A stretch of 64,000 nucleotides of DNA, from the NCBI RefSeq assembly GCF_009914755.1, contig NC_060930.1. One strand, given 5' to 3'. Below the pieces are notes generated by a model. That model did not search any database. It was not told the DNA's origin and saw only the letters and a program-made list of their open reading frames with translations. The position numbers and the translations under genes were made by a program. Positions 30,545 through 45,472 of this stretch are shown here, one piece after another. This DNA is from the human T2T-CHM13v2.0 reference genome, Homo sapiens. Position 1 is the stretch's first letter. Each line of letters begins with the position of its first letter.

Positions 30545-30703
30545 CCACCAGGCACAATGACATGCACCTGTAGTCCCAGCTGCTTGGGAGGCTGAGGCAG
30601 AAGGATTGGAATGTAGTGCATTATGGTCACACCTGTGAATAACCACCATACTCCAGCTTGGGCAATATAGCAAGACTCTATCATTAAAAACAAAACAAAA
30701 CAA
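30545..30703 (+). mobile_element. degraded Alu monomer
   Basis: CCAGGCACAATGACATGCACCTGTAGTCCCAGC, (AAAAC)n tail. Confidence 0.75.
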
Positions 30704-31325
30704 AATGCCCATTAAAAAATAAGCCAAAGATCTGAATAGATAGCTCTCCAAAGAAGAACATATGAATGACCAATAAGCACATGAAAAGATGCTTAACATC
30801 ACTAGTTATTGGGGAAGCAAAAATCAAAACCACAGTGATTTGCCATGCCACACTCGATAGGATGGCTCTAATAATAAGAATTTTTTAAAAAGATAGTGAT
30901 GAGTGTTAGCAGGAGTGTGGAGAAATTGCAACCTCATTCATTGCTGGTGAGAATGTAAAATGGTGCAGCCATTTCAGGAAAGAGTATGGCAGTTCTTCAA
31001 AGTTATACCCAGAGTTTTCATGTGATCTAGAAATTCTACTTCTAGATATATACTCAAGACAAATGAAAACATATGTCCGTACAAAAACTTGTGCATGAAT
31101 GTTCATAGTAACATTATTCATAATAACCAAAATGTGGAAATAACCCAAATGTCCATTAAATGATGAATGGATAAACCAAATGAGATGTATTTATACAATG
31201 GAATATTATTTATCAATAAAAAGGAATGAAGTACTAATCCATGTTACAACATGGATTAAACTTTGAAAAAAATGTGCTAAGTGAAAGACGCCAGACACAA
31301 AGGGCCACATATTGCATGAGTCCAC

Positions 31326-31709
31326 TGTTAGTGTGCTAGGGCCGCCATAACAAAATACCACAGTCTGGGTGGCTTTAGCAACAGAGGTTTCTTTTCTCAC
31401 TGTTCTGAAAGCTGGAAGTCCAAGACCAAGGTGTTGGTAGCCTTGGTTTCTCCTGAGGCCTCTCTCCTTGGCTTGCAGACAGCTTCTACTCCCTGTGTCC
31501 TCACATGGCCTTTTCTCTGTATGCACACATTCCTCGGGTCTCTTCCTCTTTGTAATGGACACCAATCCTATTGGATTAGGGCTCCCAACCCTTCAGAAGC
31601 TCGTTTAGCCTTAATTACCTCCTTAAAGACCCTATCTCCAAATATAGTCATATGGAGGTTTCAGCCTTCAAAATATGAATTTGGGGGAAATACAAGTCAG
31701 TCTATAACA
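31326..31709 (-). mobile_element. MaLR solo LTR (MLT1A-like)
   Basis: TG...CA ends, CCATAACAAAATACCACAGTCTGGGTGGCTT; 5-bp TSD tccac/tcctc. Confidence 0.88.
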
Positions 31710-31821
31710 TCCTCTTATACACAGGCAAATCTCCTTTTCAGTTGTGGCACATGACTGGACTTGGTTGAGTTTTGAGATGCTGATGAGCTCAAGGTCTGAG
31801 GCTTGAAAGAATCACTGAGGC

Positions 31822-32133
31822 TTTTTTTTTATTTGTTTTTTTCTTTTGAGACAGGGTCTTTCCCCATTGCCCAGGCTGGAGTGCAGTGGCGTGGTGCCAT
31901 CTCTGCTCACTACAATCTCCATATCCTAGGCTCAGGTGATTCTCCCACCTCAGCCTCCTGAGTAGCTGGGACTACAGGTGTGTGCCACCATGCCCAGCTA
32001 ATTTTTGCATTTTTGTAGAGAGGGGGTTTCACCATGCTGCCCAGGCTAATCTCGAACTCCTGGACTCAAGCAATCTACCCGCCTCGGCCTCCCAAAGTGC
32101 TGGGATTACAAGCCTGAGACACCATGCTTGGCC
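31822..32133 (-). mobile_element. AluJ-like element
   Basis: antisense dimer with CTCAAGCAATC left arm; short TSD gctttt. Confidence 0.93.
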
Positions 32134-32844
32134 AAAGCTTTTCAAGTAGATAAGATGTATTTAAACATGTAATCTTTAGTATCTACAGAATGGACATTTT
32201 TGCTTCTTTTGTCCCTTTCGTAGTGGTAATAAGGGTGAATTTTGTCATGGCCTCAATTATCTATAGGAATATTTACTTGACAATTTTGTGCCTCTGCCCT
32301 ATAGCTGAGTTGGTCCCATAGAAAATTTCTGCGGAATTCAATTCCATTATTTAAAGTAGTTTTTCTATGAACCAGCCATGGTCTGTAACTTGACAGTGTT
32401 AACACCAAATAGCAAGACCTTAATCATGGTTCACATACTCAACAAAGATATAACTCATCTTAGTTTTTCAAGTAGATCAGTTTTAGAACACATTAATTCT
32501 AACTAGACTGACTATTTTACAACTATCTAAGACAACTTTATAAAGTGCTTTAATTTATAAAGTTGTTTTAAAATCACATTCTTTTGACTCTTCTAAAGAT
32601 TGTTATTTTACAGTATCTTCTTAAATATGTGTATTCTTAAATATAGTATATTCTTAAATATCCTTAAATGGTAGACTTTGATGAATGCACATCTGTAGTA
32701 CAATGTTAAGCTACCTTCATTTTGTTGGTATGCTAAAGAAACTTTTCAAAGTGTCTCATGTTAAAAATTGGTTTGTGTGTTTTGTATGCTTGCAAATTTT
32801 TCCATAGTACCATAGATTATTTTAGTGACAAAATTTGACCCTTT

Positions 32845-33045
32845 TGATAGAAAAGCAGGTCAGTGAGTTCCTTGGGATCCAAAAGGAGTTGACTGCAAAG
32901 AGGCAGAAGGGAATGGTTAGAGTGATTCTATAATTGTTCTGCATCTTGATTATGGTATGACTATGCATTTGTCAAATCTTATACTTAAGAGGGTGAATTT
33001 TACTGAATGTAAATTCAGATTTCAATAAACATGACTTTTAAAACT
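32845..33045 (+). mobile_element. L1M (L1MC/ME-type) 3' terminus
   Basis: TTGACTGCAAAGAGGCA...TGTTCTGCATCTTGATT...GGGTGAATTTTACTGAATGTAAATT...AATAAAC. Confidence 0.7.
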
Positions 33046-33718
33046 TACAAAATAAATAAATAAATAGGCAAATCTATAGAAATGAAAAGTAGATTAGATC
33101 TGGGTTGATGAGAGCTTTGGGGGTGACAGGTATGGGGTGTGGAGGCTTTTTTTGCATAATATTCTGAGGTTAACTGTGATAATAGGTGCACATCTCTGGA
33201 ATATATTAAAGCCATTAAATTTTACACTTTAAATGAGTGAATCGTATACTATGTGAATTAAATATCAATACGGCTGTTAACAAAAAATACAAGCTTAAGG
33301 GCAAAAGAAGTCATTGGTGAAGTCTCTGAGAGGTAGCAGGATTCTATCCAGAAGCATGGAGTTCAGGGCCAGGACTAGTCTTTACCCACATATAAGGAAG
33401 AGTCCAGTTCCGATCTTAAACCTTATGGATTGAGGAATCCCAGGTAGAAGGGCAGGCATCAGATCTCTGGCACATGGTTAGGGCTTCCCTGGTGGCAAAT
33501 GTGGCTTGAACCTGAGTCACATAGGGTTGGCCTAGAGCTTTTTTAAGGAATTTTAAAATTCCTATCCAAGGCTGGCATTCATCTTAGAGACAAAAGTTGA
33601 CATCTGCCTGGGAAGAAGAGAGTTCCCGAGGCCAGACCTCAAGTAGTCTCTCATGTGTTCCTGACTTCCGTCGCCAATTCCTTTGGAATTTGAATATTAG
33701 ACTTTAGTGAGCATGTAA

Positions 33719-34119
<401 letters not shown>

Positions 34120-34134
34120 GTCACTTTACTTTTG

Positions 34135-34265
34135 GATCTGTTCCACTAGTCTTTAAGATCCTGGAAGATGGGAATTGTTACTTTTATACCTGCACTCCCA
34201 GTGCTTTGCCCACTGGCAAGCACATAAAAATGTTCCATGTTGTTTGATGAGTAAATGAATAGATG
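34135..34265 (+). mobile_element. L2 3' end
   Basis: CACTAGTCTTTAAGATCCTGGAAG...GAGTAAATGAAT. Confidence 0.55.
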
Positions 34266-34281
34266 AGTACTTGGCTTTCCC

Positions 34282-34401
34282 TTTTTTTTTTAAGAGATGG
34301 GGATCTCACTATGTTGCCCAAGCTGGCCTTGAACTCCTGGGCTCAAGAGATCCTCCTACCTTAGGCTCCCGAGGAATTATAGGCATACCACCATACTCAG
34401 C
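34282..34401 (-). mobile_element. FLAM monomer
   Basis: ~120 bp monomer, TSD gctttcc. Confidence 0.8.
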
Positions 34402-34524
34402 TTTCCATTTATTATGTGTTAGAATGCTCATACCGTCTTGCTTGTGCTAGATTGAGCCATTTTCAAAACTAGCAAACTAAAGAATCCTAAATCATTGATT
34501 TTTCCAGAGTCGACTTAATTTTCC

Positions 34525-34735
34525 ATAATAATAGCTTAACATTCATTGAACATTTTTGGACCAGGCTGCACTAAGCAATTTAGATTCATAATTCCTTTGT
34601 AGTCCTTACAATAAACCCCTAAATAGATACTTTTATTACCCCCAATTTACAGATGTGAAACTCAGGATCACAGAGATTAAGTAACCTGCCCAAAGCTGCA
34701 GAGGTAATAGCAGTGGAACCAGGATTCAAAGCTGC
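34525..34735 (-). mobile_element. MIR SINE
   Basis: CCCCAATTTACAGATGTGAAACTCAGG...AAGTAACCTGCCCAAAG...CCAGGATTCAAA. Confidence 0.82.
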
Positions 34736-36067
34736 CTCAAACTCACACAGGAATGTTCTGAGATTACCTTACTCCACATGTAAAAATTACTGTCTCAGCA
34801 GCCCCTTATATTGAAAAGGGAACCACAGAAATAAGGCACACGTACAAAGAATGGGTGGGCTTCTTTCCCTGGGTCATAGATTCAGTCTGTAATCAACCAA
34901 AAGCAGAAAGCCTTCTCGGATAGTTTTCACTGCCTACTGACTCACGGCTTCCACAGTTTTCATTTTATCCTCTTTCATTCCCCTTATACATTTTAGCTGC
35001 ACTTCACAGGGTTCTGCACAAAGGGAAAACTCAATACAAGTTGAATGTTTACCAGAATGGAACATTCTGACATTTCAGAACAACAGGCTCAGCTTGAGGT
35101 GTTTCAAAATGGCATGCACCAAGTGTCCTGAAAGTTGTTATAAGAGATTCAGCAGCTTTCACGTTGACCTCAATGAACAAAATTAAATGTTTGCTCATTT
35201 CATGGTTACCATGTTCCAGTGCAAACAGCCTAGTATTTTTCCTGTTTTCTGTTTACCTCCGTTACCTTGGCCATGTCTATATTATGACTGGATGGTACTC
35301 AAAGATCGTTGTCTGCGAGGGATGAGGGAGAGATATTTATGCCCAGAGTGGGGGCACCTCCTGTTCCAGGAGAGCTTGGAATCACTCCAGGCCAATACCT
35401 AAAGATTCGGAAAGTTAAAACAGAACCATCAGAGTTAATCCTCACACTCAAGGCATTCAGTGTGTCTAGAACTAAGCCAAAATTCTATGAAGGGACAGGG
35501 TTGCCAATGCCCATGGTGTAAACAATTCCCAAACTGTTCCCAGTTTGTTCTACTGAACTGCACGGCTGAAGAGAGAGGAAGTCCAGATAGCACTCTTGAA
35601 TTTTTTCAAAGCAAGGGCAAAATGCCCCCACTCCCCTACCATCCTCACCAATATACAAAAGTAGGTGAGCCACTCCTGTTGAAGGCGCCACGAAGAGCAT
35701 TCGGTCCTTCACCCATCCTGGCCCTGGTTTATGGCTGTGCTTGTGTCGCTGCCTGTCGCTGGGTGCCCCGGGAAGGCAGGGCTAGGTCTGTCCTGCTCAT
35801 GATTGTACCTCCAGAACCCAGCACACGCCTAACTTAATACGCTTTCATTCATTGCATAAATGAAATATAAGGTCAATGGAGAAGAAATGCCTGGGAAACA
35901 TATGGCTGGGAACTGACTCTGCTTTCATAGAGAAGACTTTTGGATCCCGCAGATGGTACCCCTTATACTAAGAAGGGAGTACTTCTGTTGGGATCATAAC
36001 CTCTTTTTAAAACTAAGGTGATTTTTGTCATTTTAACACCATTTGGAAGCACTGTAAAGCTTGGCTT

Positions 36068-36243
36068 TTTACCTATTTATTTATTTACTTTTTAAGAGAC
36101 AGGATCTCATTCTGTCACTCAGGCTAGAGTGCAGTGGTGGAAACACAGCTCACTGCAGCTTCGAACTCGTAGACTTAAGTGATTCTCCTGCCTCAGCCTC
36201 CTGAGTAGCTAGGACTATAAGGCATGTACCACTGCACCTGGCC
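36068..36243 (-). mobile_element. Alu right monomer (FRAM/AluJ)
   Basis: TSD aagcttggcttttt/aagtttggcttttt. Confidence 0.85.
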
Positions 36244-36517
36244 AAGTTTGGCTTTTTAAATGATTCTTACCCAGTTTTTATTTCAGAACAAAATGGCATA
36301 TTTAAAAACCAACATTTTTCTTTCATGCAAGTTTGAATATAATATGCATATATATTTGAAATATATAATCTTTTGAAAATACTAAAAGAACAGAGGTCAG
36401 AGGATACCATTTTCATAATGTTTTTCTCACTTTTCATGAAATTTGAAGAAGCTTAATTTTTATATTATGAAATATTTGTTGGAAAGTGTTTCTATTTTAA
36501 ATCAAGATTATTTTTAA

Positions 36518-36815
<298 letters not shown>

Positions 36816-36973
36816 GATTATTTTAAAATATTGCTTAAATTATCACGTAAATAATCTTATAGTTGCTCCCCCCAAAAAATCTTATGATAGAGTTTATGCA
36901 TGTGATATATAAATATAATAACATTAATCAGTTTCTCATGTGTCTTGTTTAGAATCTGCATAATGTTTGGTAA

Positions 36974-37393
<420 letters not shown>

Positions 37394-38287
37394 TAGCAAA
37401 TCCCTAGATAGAATAGTCAACCCTCACACCTCTGCATTGTATCCAAACAGCCTCTCCTCATTGGAGGGAGTGGCTGTACCACCCAAGCTTCCTGAGTCGG
37501 AATTGTGTCGCTTTGACTCTTACTTTCTATCATCTGCTGGGTCTCCATGTCCTTGCCTTTCTCCTACTTATAAAACATGTGCCTCTCTCCCTATGAGAAA
37601 GGAGAGGTGATCAGAATATTTCAAGGACTGAATGGAAATGCAAACAGGGCAATTTATATGGTAAGTGGAAGTGGAACACGTCATGAAAGCTACACCTGGG
37701 AGGAGAGATTGGAAGCATCTCTCAGCCTTAGCAAAGGATTTCTAGATACAGGTGGCGGACACAAATTGCCTGTCAAGAGATTCACTTCATAACGAGGCCA
37801 GCCATGTAGAACAGTCCCAGTGCCACCAGGGGACTGCTGCCACCAGCCCATATCTTTGGGGCTCTGAGGTGGGCTGCAGGAATGACAGTCCTGCATTCTG
37901 CCACAACAGCCACGTCCCTGCAGGGTATGGGGGACAGACAACGGGGTTAGTGCCATCAGCCCCTTCATGCTGCCCCTGCCAAACCATCAGTCAAACAAGG
38001 AGTAGAAAAGGCATGGGAATAAGAGAAAGGAGGAAGTGATCTGAAATTAGGCATGGTGGGGGATGGGCTTGGGTAGGCAGAAAGGAAATGGAAAAGGACA
38101 TCCATTTGTCTTCGGGATCTTTCTGTCATCTTTGGTTAACAGTTGAGGGGCATGCAACAAGCAAAAGGATGGAAGAATTGAATCACACTCCATCTTGACC
38201 GTGCCTTTTTCATGTTTTCCCCCAGCTTCGTGCACTCAGATGCTCATGAAAACACTGCACTCTTCTCCAGGCCCACACACAAACTGC

Positions 38288-38311
38288 ACACATACACACA
38301 CACACACACAC
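38288..38311. repeat. (CA)n microsatellite
   Basis: directly visible. Confidence 0.85.
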
Positions 38312-38793
38312 GCACGGGCTTGCACGCATTTCCCAGTGTCTTATTCATGTCTTTTCACCTCTGTGCTTAAAACTGAACTGACAGTAGGGAGGCTGTGCTG
38401 TAGAGTGCGGTGGTCTCCTTTCCCACTATTTAGTTCCTGTATAAGATATCAGTTTTCCTGAACAGCACGGCAATATCACTCTCAAAGTCAAGATCAATTC
38501 TAAATGTCTCCCTCATGCAGAGGAGAACCCATTTTTCCTCCTGAGTCATCATGCGCTCCCTAACAAACTTCTGGGACCTCTCATTGAGGACACAGACAGG
38601 TGTGGTGTTGCATCCAATGTGGCATTTCCAAGCCAGTTCTCAGCACCCAAGCTCCCTGTTGGCTTGACAGTGTCAAGCCAGGCCACTAGGCTAACTGCAG
38701 GACCTGCAGCTACTAGCTTTACAAAAAATCTGGCTTCAAGTCAGACTCAGATAGATCCCAGGGAGCAAGTTGAATAAGAAAAAGTTCAATGAA

Positions 38794-39087
38794 GGCCGGG
38801 CAAGATGGTTCACACCTGTAATCCCAGCACTTTGGGAGGCCGAGGCAGGCAGATCACCTGAGGTCAGGAGTTTGAGACCAGCCTGGCCAACATGGGAAAC
38901 CCCATCTCTAGTAAAAATACAAAAATCAGCCAGGCATGGTGGCAGGCACCTGCAATCCCAACTACTTGAGAGGCTGAGACAGGAGAATCGCTTGAACCCG
39001 GGAGGGGGAGGTTGCAGTGAGCCAAGTGCGCTCCAGCCTGGGTGACAAGAGTAAGACTCTGTCTCAAAAGAAAAGAAAGAAAGAAAG
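38794..39087 (+). mobile_element. Alu SINE (AluS) with small right-arm deletion
   Basis: dimer, (AAAG)n tail. Confidence 0.94.
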
Positions 39088-40659
39088 TAAAAGCCCAATT
39101 AATGGGGGTTTCAAGCTTAGAGGAACGGAGCTGCTGGGGTTGTAAATTCAGGCAAACATTCAGCACTAGAAAAAACACCATAATGTTAGCACTGGAACCT
39201 CTGGGGGAGGCAATGGAGATGCAAGTTTTGAGAGATGATTCTGAAGAAGTTGGAAGAGGACAGAAACAGCAGACAGCATTGCAGAGAGACGGCAGGCAGA
39301 CTCCTTGGCAGGATCACCCTTAACTCCTCCAGGGTACCTGGCACAGGACAGGTGCCCAAGAAAAACCTGATGAGTCAGTGAATGAATATGCAGTAACTGA
39401 AGCCTTCCCCGAAGAAGCAGAAGGTGGCAGGACAAGTTTCATGTTCTTGAGAAAGCCTGTGCCTGCCTGTGGAGAGCCCATCCTTGCATTCTTAAGCAGG
39501 TTTTCTGAACTCGTGTCCTGGGGAAGCAGAAGGCAGTTCTGAGGTTCACTGAGCTAGAACAGCATTTTGATACAAACAGACCTGGGCCCACTGAAAGAGT
39601 GATGCACTTGGCCAGAACACCACCTTGAGTTCAGTCAGAAAGCACATCTGTGCCTCATTGATAATGTAATAACCTACATTACATTCTTGGCCAAGAGCAC
39701 CTGTGCACAGCCCAGAAAGTCAGCCCAGGGCAACCATTCTGATGGAGGTGATATTAACAGCTCTCATTAAAACTGATGACTCTAGCGGTGCCCAGAAGCA
39801 CAGCTAAGGCGAAGCGTCTGTCTGCATTTCCATTACAAGCCCCCGTTTTTGGAGTTCATAACTCAACCATGGAAATATGCTTTGCATTGAACTGGAACCT
39901 GAAAAGAAACTGTCACAGGGAAAAGAGAGTTGGACTTTTAGAGCTGTAAAATGTGTCAGTTGTCCACTACCATCTGTACACATCTAACTCCGTGTTAGAA
40001 GGAATGTTACTGTTTTCCTGCCCCTGTCTGGATGGTGGAAATGGAAGACTGAGGGTGGAGGACTCATTTCTGAGCTGGTCCGGAGGAAATCTGAATGTCT
40101 TAACTTTTATGTATATTGGGGATGCTAAGAGCTCTATCATAATGAAAGTAACACTTGTACGACAATCATTTATCCTAGGTGTCGTTTTGTTTATTGTTAC
40201 CTGTACAAAACCAGCAAGCAAAGAGCCCCTAGGGCTCAACCTGAGGCTTAAGGAGGTTACATAGGGCTGGATGTAACTTTCAACACCTTTCTCTGATGAA
40301 AGGGAGACCTGAAGGTATGCGTTTCAATGACGTGATTTGAAAGGACTCTGTTATCTTTTATTTTGACCAAAAAAAAAAAAAAAAAAAAAGGTCTTGTGAA
40401 ATGCATTCCTGTCATGGTTGGGCAGGTTAAAGCTCAATGGTCTATATATCTATATCTCTGTCCCAGCTGGGAATGTAGAACAACTCTTACCCATACAAAA
40501 ATATGAAGGATTAGGTTCATAGAAGACTGCTTTAAAAATATGAGCAGATTATAACTTCTGCTTTTTCTAACAAGTATTGCTTGGGAAGAAAAAGGTCATT
40601 ATTGTCTTCAGTATCTTCCAGTCCTTTCTCTAAACACCACAAGAATTACATGAAGACTG

Positions 40660-41185
40660 GAATCAGATCATGCTGTTTCTCTGCTTAAAATTCTTCAATG
40701 GTTTCTTATTGGGTCTCAAATAGAATTCACACTCTTCACCATTGCCCATGAGGGCTATACAACCCGGCCTCTCAAGAGCCTTGTGGCCTCTTGTCATGTT
40801 GTCCACACCCAGTCATACTTGACTTTTTCCAGTTTCTCAGCTACATCAACCTTTTTTCTCCCACCTCAGGGACTTTTCATTTATGAACCTCTTTGCCAGT
40901 TATGTTTCTCTTCCCACACTCAGAGCAGCTGGCCTCTTCATATCCTTTGAGCTTAAATGTCACCTCTGCCTGCCTGCTCCATCACCTCTCCTAACAACCT
41001 CCATCTCGACCCCCTGTTGGCTTCTTTTGAAAAATTGAGCACAGCTATTGTTTTACTAATCTGTTTTTGCACTTGTCCTTTATCTATGGCCATCTAGAAA
41101 GCATGCTTCATGAAAGTAGGGGCCTTGGCCATTATATTCCCAGTGTCTAGTACAGACCACGTGCTCACTATTTGCTGAATAAATT
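40660..41185 (+). mobile_element. L2 3' region
   Basis: AATCAGATCATGCTGTTTCTCTGCTTAAAATTCTTCAATGG...CCCAGTGTCTAGTACAG...TTTGCTGAATAAAT. Confidence 0.8.
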
Positions 41186-41355
41186 GAGATTTATGTATTA
41201 CATAATGCATTATAAATTTAAGCTTTAGTAGTCATTATTCTCTTTGTAGTATATATAATAGAATAATTTCTCCTTGATTTTTATATAACCTCCAGTTTGC
41301 AAAGAGGAACTAGAATTCCCACACAAAATGACAGTCTTAGAAATTGGATTGATAA

Positions 41356-41510
41356 GGCAGACATGACGGCACACACCTGTAGTCCCAGTTGCTTCAGAGG
41401 CCAAAACAGGAGGACTGCTTGAGCCCAGCAGTTCAAGGCTACAGTGAGCTAAGCAGGTTCCACTGCATTCCAGCCTAGGTGATAAAACAAGACCCTGCCA
41501 AGAAAGAAAA
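41356..41510 (+). mobile_element. Alu right monomer (FRAM/AluJ)
   Basis: single arm; TSD aaattggattgataa/atattggatggataa encloses the GA-rich tail. Confidence 0.8.
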
Positions 41511-41577
41511 AGGAGGGAGGGAAGGAGGGAGGGAAGGAGGGAGGGAAGGAGGGACGGAGGGAGGGAGGGAGGAAGGA
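41511..41577. repeat. (GGAGGGAGGGAA)n purine repeat
   Basis: directly visible. Confidence 0.9.
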
Positions 41578-42089
41578 AAATAAATATATTGGATGGATAA
41601 AGAAATTCTGTTCTTTTACATCTTTCACTCTCTTTTTAGCACCATAAAATTGTGCTGAACTTCTGCAAAGAGTTTGTGGACCTCACCAAGGTGCTCCCCA
41701 TGCCTCTTGAACTTGTAGATTCCAGGTTCTTCACCTGATGTACTTTGAGCTCTGAATACTGAGACCACAAAAAAATATGCTCAGCGTTTTGCAAACCTTA
41801 GAAAAGTAGACATAAGAGCATTGATTAATGTTCCAACTTGGCCTGATTCACTCAGAACATAAAACTTTGTCCTGGATAGGACTGGCTCAAGACCCCACAG
41901 CTAAAAAAAGCCATCTGAGACCTGTGCCCAAGCCTTCTGATGCCAGATCTAGGCCTTAATTCAGGGAACTACTGCTGTCTCTGGAAAGGCAGGGTTAGTT
42001 AGGAATTAACAACCCATGATTCTCCAACTGAATCCTTCAAGCACTAGATCCTCATGCTTTTGCGTGACTGGCTCCAGAAGTTTCTTTAA

Positions 42090-42459
<370 letters not shown>

Positions 42460-42569
42460 TCAGAAATACTTTACCTGATTCTTTTCCTCTCTGCCACTTG
42501 CTGAAATTTGGTTGACTGAACGGAAAATAAGAAAAGGCTTAGATAAAATAAGAAGAATGTTTGCATAGG

Positions 42570-42752
42570 AATATGACCCTTAGCAAGCCAGTTACTCTCT
42601 AAGACTCAGTTTCCTACGCTATAAAATGGGGATATAACATATATGACCTACCTCACAGAGTCTTCAAGACAATTAAGATAATGCATGTAGAGCTCTTAGC
42701 ACAATGTATACAAAGGGCCCAATGTTAGCTCCTACTGCTGTTGTATTATTAT
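42570..42752 (+). mobile_element. MIR SINE
   Basis: CTCAGTTTCCTACGCTATAAAATGGGGAT...ACCTACCTCACAG. Confidence 0.8.
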
Positions 42753-42784
42753 CAATAACAATTCCAACGTAAGAGAAGCTCTAG

Positions 42785-43102
<318 letters not shown>

Positions 43103-43199
43103 TCTTTTCTTTTCTTTTAAAGGGAGGCTGGGAAAGCCGGAGAGCTAGTAGGAGCCAGGGCACATAGAGAGTGAGGTAGTAGCATGCCTAAGGTACACC

Positions 43200-43385
43200 T
43201 CAGCAGTTCCAGAATTCTGCTGCGAGTGGTCCTCCATCAAACTACTTCACCTCTCTGAAGTCTAGTTCGCTTACCTGTAAAGGAAAGATAATAACCAACT
43301 CTAACCTACTTCACCAGGTTGTCAAGGATTCAAATAAGACACACATCTGTAAAAGCACTTTGTATGTCTTAATGGAAATGTTAGA
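43200..43385 (+). mobile_element. MIR fragment
   Basis: CTTCACCTCTCTGAAG...CTGTAAAGG...AAGGATTCAAATAAG...TGTAAAAGCACTTTGT. Confidence 0.65.
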
Positions 43386-43432
43386 TATTGCTTTCACATA
43401 TGTTACAGATAACTGGCTATTGTTTCAATCAA

Positions 43433-44085
<653 letters not shown>

Positions 44086-45472
44086 GTGTTGAATCATAGT
44101 CTGAGAGTTGGAAGGGATGTTGTTTAAAGTCTTCACCCTTGAATCATCTCAAAACCATGTGAAACTTTATGAATCCCACGAACGAAAGGCCAATGTGTGT
44201 TAACCCACTACATGAACAATAAATAATACGACTTTTAGCTATTCCTCTGTGCTGGAATCATCACCAGCCTCTCAGTTCCGTTTAGTTCCTGAACTTTCTA
44301 GTTCAGGAAATTTTGACTGACTGAAGAGATTTGCAATGATAAGAAACTTTTCTGAATCAAACAATTTGGGATGCTAGGAAATGCACAGAAAGAATCTTTC
44401 ATTTAAAAAGAAATATTCAAATATTGTGAAATAAAATAATAAGCTGAGCTTTTTGATGTCCACAAAGAGAGCTGACCTCCAGGTGGTACAGACACAACTA
44501 AATTTTTATTATTTTTCTTTCAAAAGGAAATATTGCACAGTTCTATAAAGCTTACCCTATTACTTGAAGCTCACATGGGAAAGATAGGCAGATAACATTT
44601 AATGTAAATAACATACAAACAAGCTACTATGTCGCAGAAAAGTGGAAAATATCAAGAAAAAATGTAATCAACTGCTGATATGCAAGTTGTAAAACTCTGC
44701 TCAACTCTGTGCAATTTCCCTCATCTACCATTTTGAAAGCATCAAACTGACAGAATGGTTGGTCTATCAGCTTCTGCTGAACATTCTCATGTTGTCATTG
44801 AAAAGTTAAGCTTTGTGGAATTCTGTTCCCTCTGGGGTCACATTTACCTGCATGGCCTAAGTAGTTAACCTTAAAATATTTTCTCCTTTCTATTTCTTGC
44901 ACTGTTTTGAGTCCAGCCTTCATCTCAGCTTTGTTTGAGCCACAAATACTGTCAATATTCAGAGACTATATTTATTTCTAAGCTTTTTAAGAAGAAAGAT
45001 AATGGAGATTGATTTTAATAAATAGATGAGTTTCAGATATTTGCATTTCCTTTATAATGGCTTCATATCGGTTACTCAGTTCTAAACTTTGTCAGATAAG
45101 GCATTGGGGAATAACAATGCTGGATCCAGTTTGAATTATGTCTTTGGAAATTATAGCCACTCGTTTCATGTAATAAGCACTTGTTTTCATGTGCATTCAC
45201 CATGCCCATTTCTTAGTATCTCTTTTATCTCTTTTTATTTTTGATAAAGTGTTTTAATAGAGAATATCACTGTAGCCTACCTTTTAATAGTATGAAATAA
45301 CAAGACATTATTGCCAGGTTTGTTTACATTTGGAAAAAGTCCTTATCATTAATAAGAGGTATACTATAAATGCTTGGAGTCCCATGCCCCATGGAGGAGC
45401 TAGTGCACATGATACCTTGAGCAAGAACAGAGCTATGGGCACTCCCAATTGTGTGCCCTCCCTCTCAATTGG

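Larger units (their letters stand above)
31733..33063 (+). pseudogene. putative old retrocopy of an unidentified transcript ending in an L1M-derived 3' end
   Basis: TSD acaggcaaatct 31721-31732 / ataggcaaatct 33064-33075, AATAAA 33024-33029, (AAAT)n tail from 33049. Confidence 0.55.

Noticed and set aside
35460-35837. 125-aa ORF in unique sequence
   Set aside because: Non-ATG start, no recognisable homology or exon boundaries; expected by chance
37690-38030. GC-richer stretch with overlapping ORFs on both strands
   Set aside because: Possibly an old LTR but I cannot assign a family; ORFs are short and featureless
44474-44490. CTCF-like motif CCTCCAGGTGGTA (weaker ones near 23665 and 37823)
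   Set aside because: Each mismatches the core GGC; cannot be supported without ChIP data
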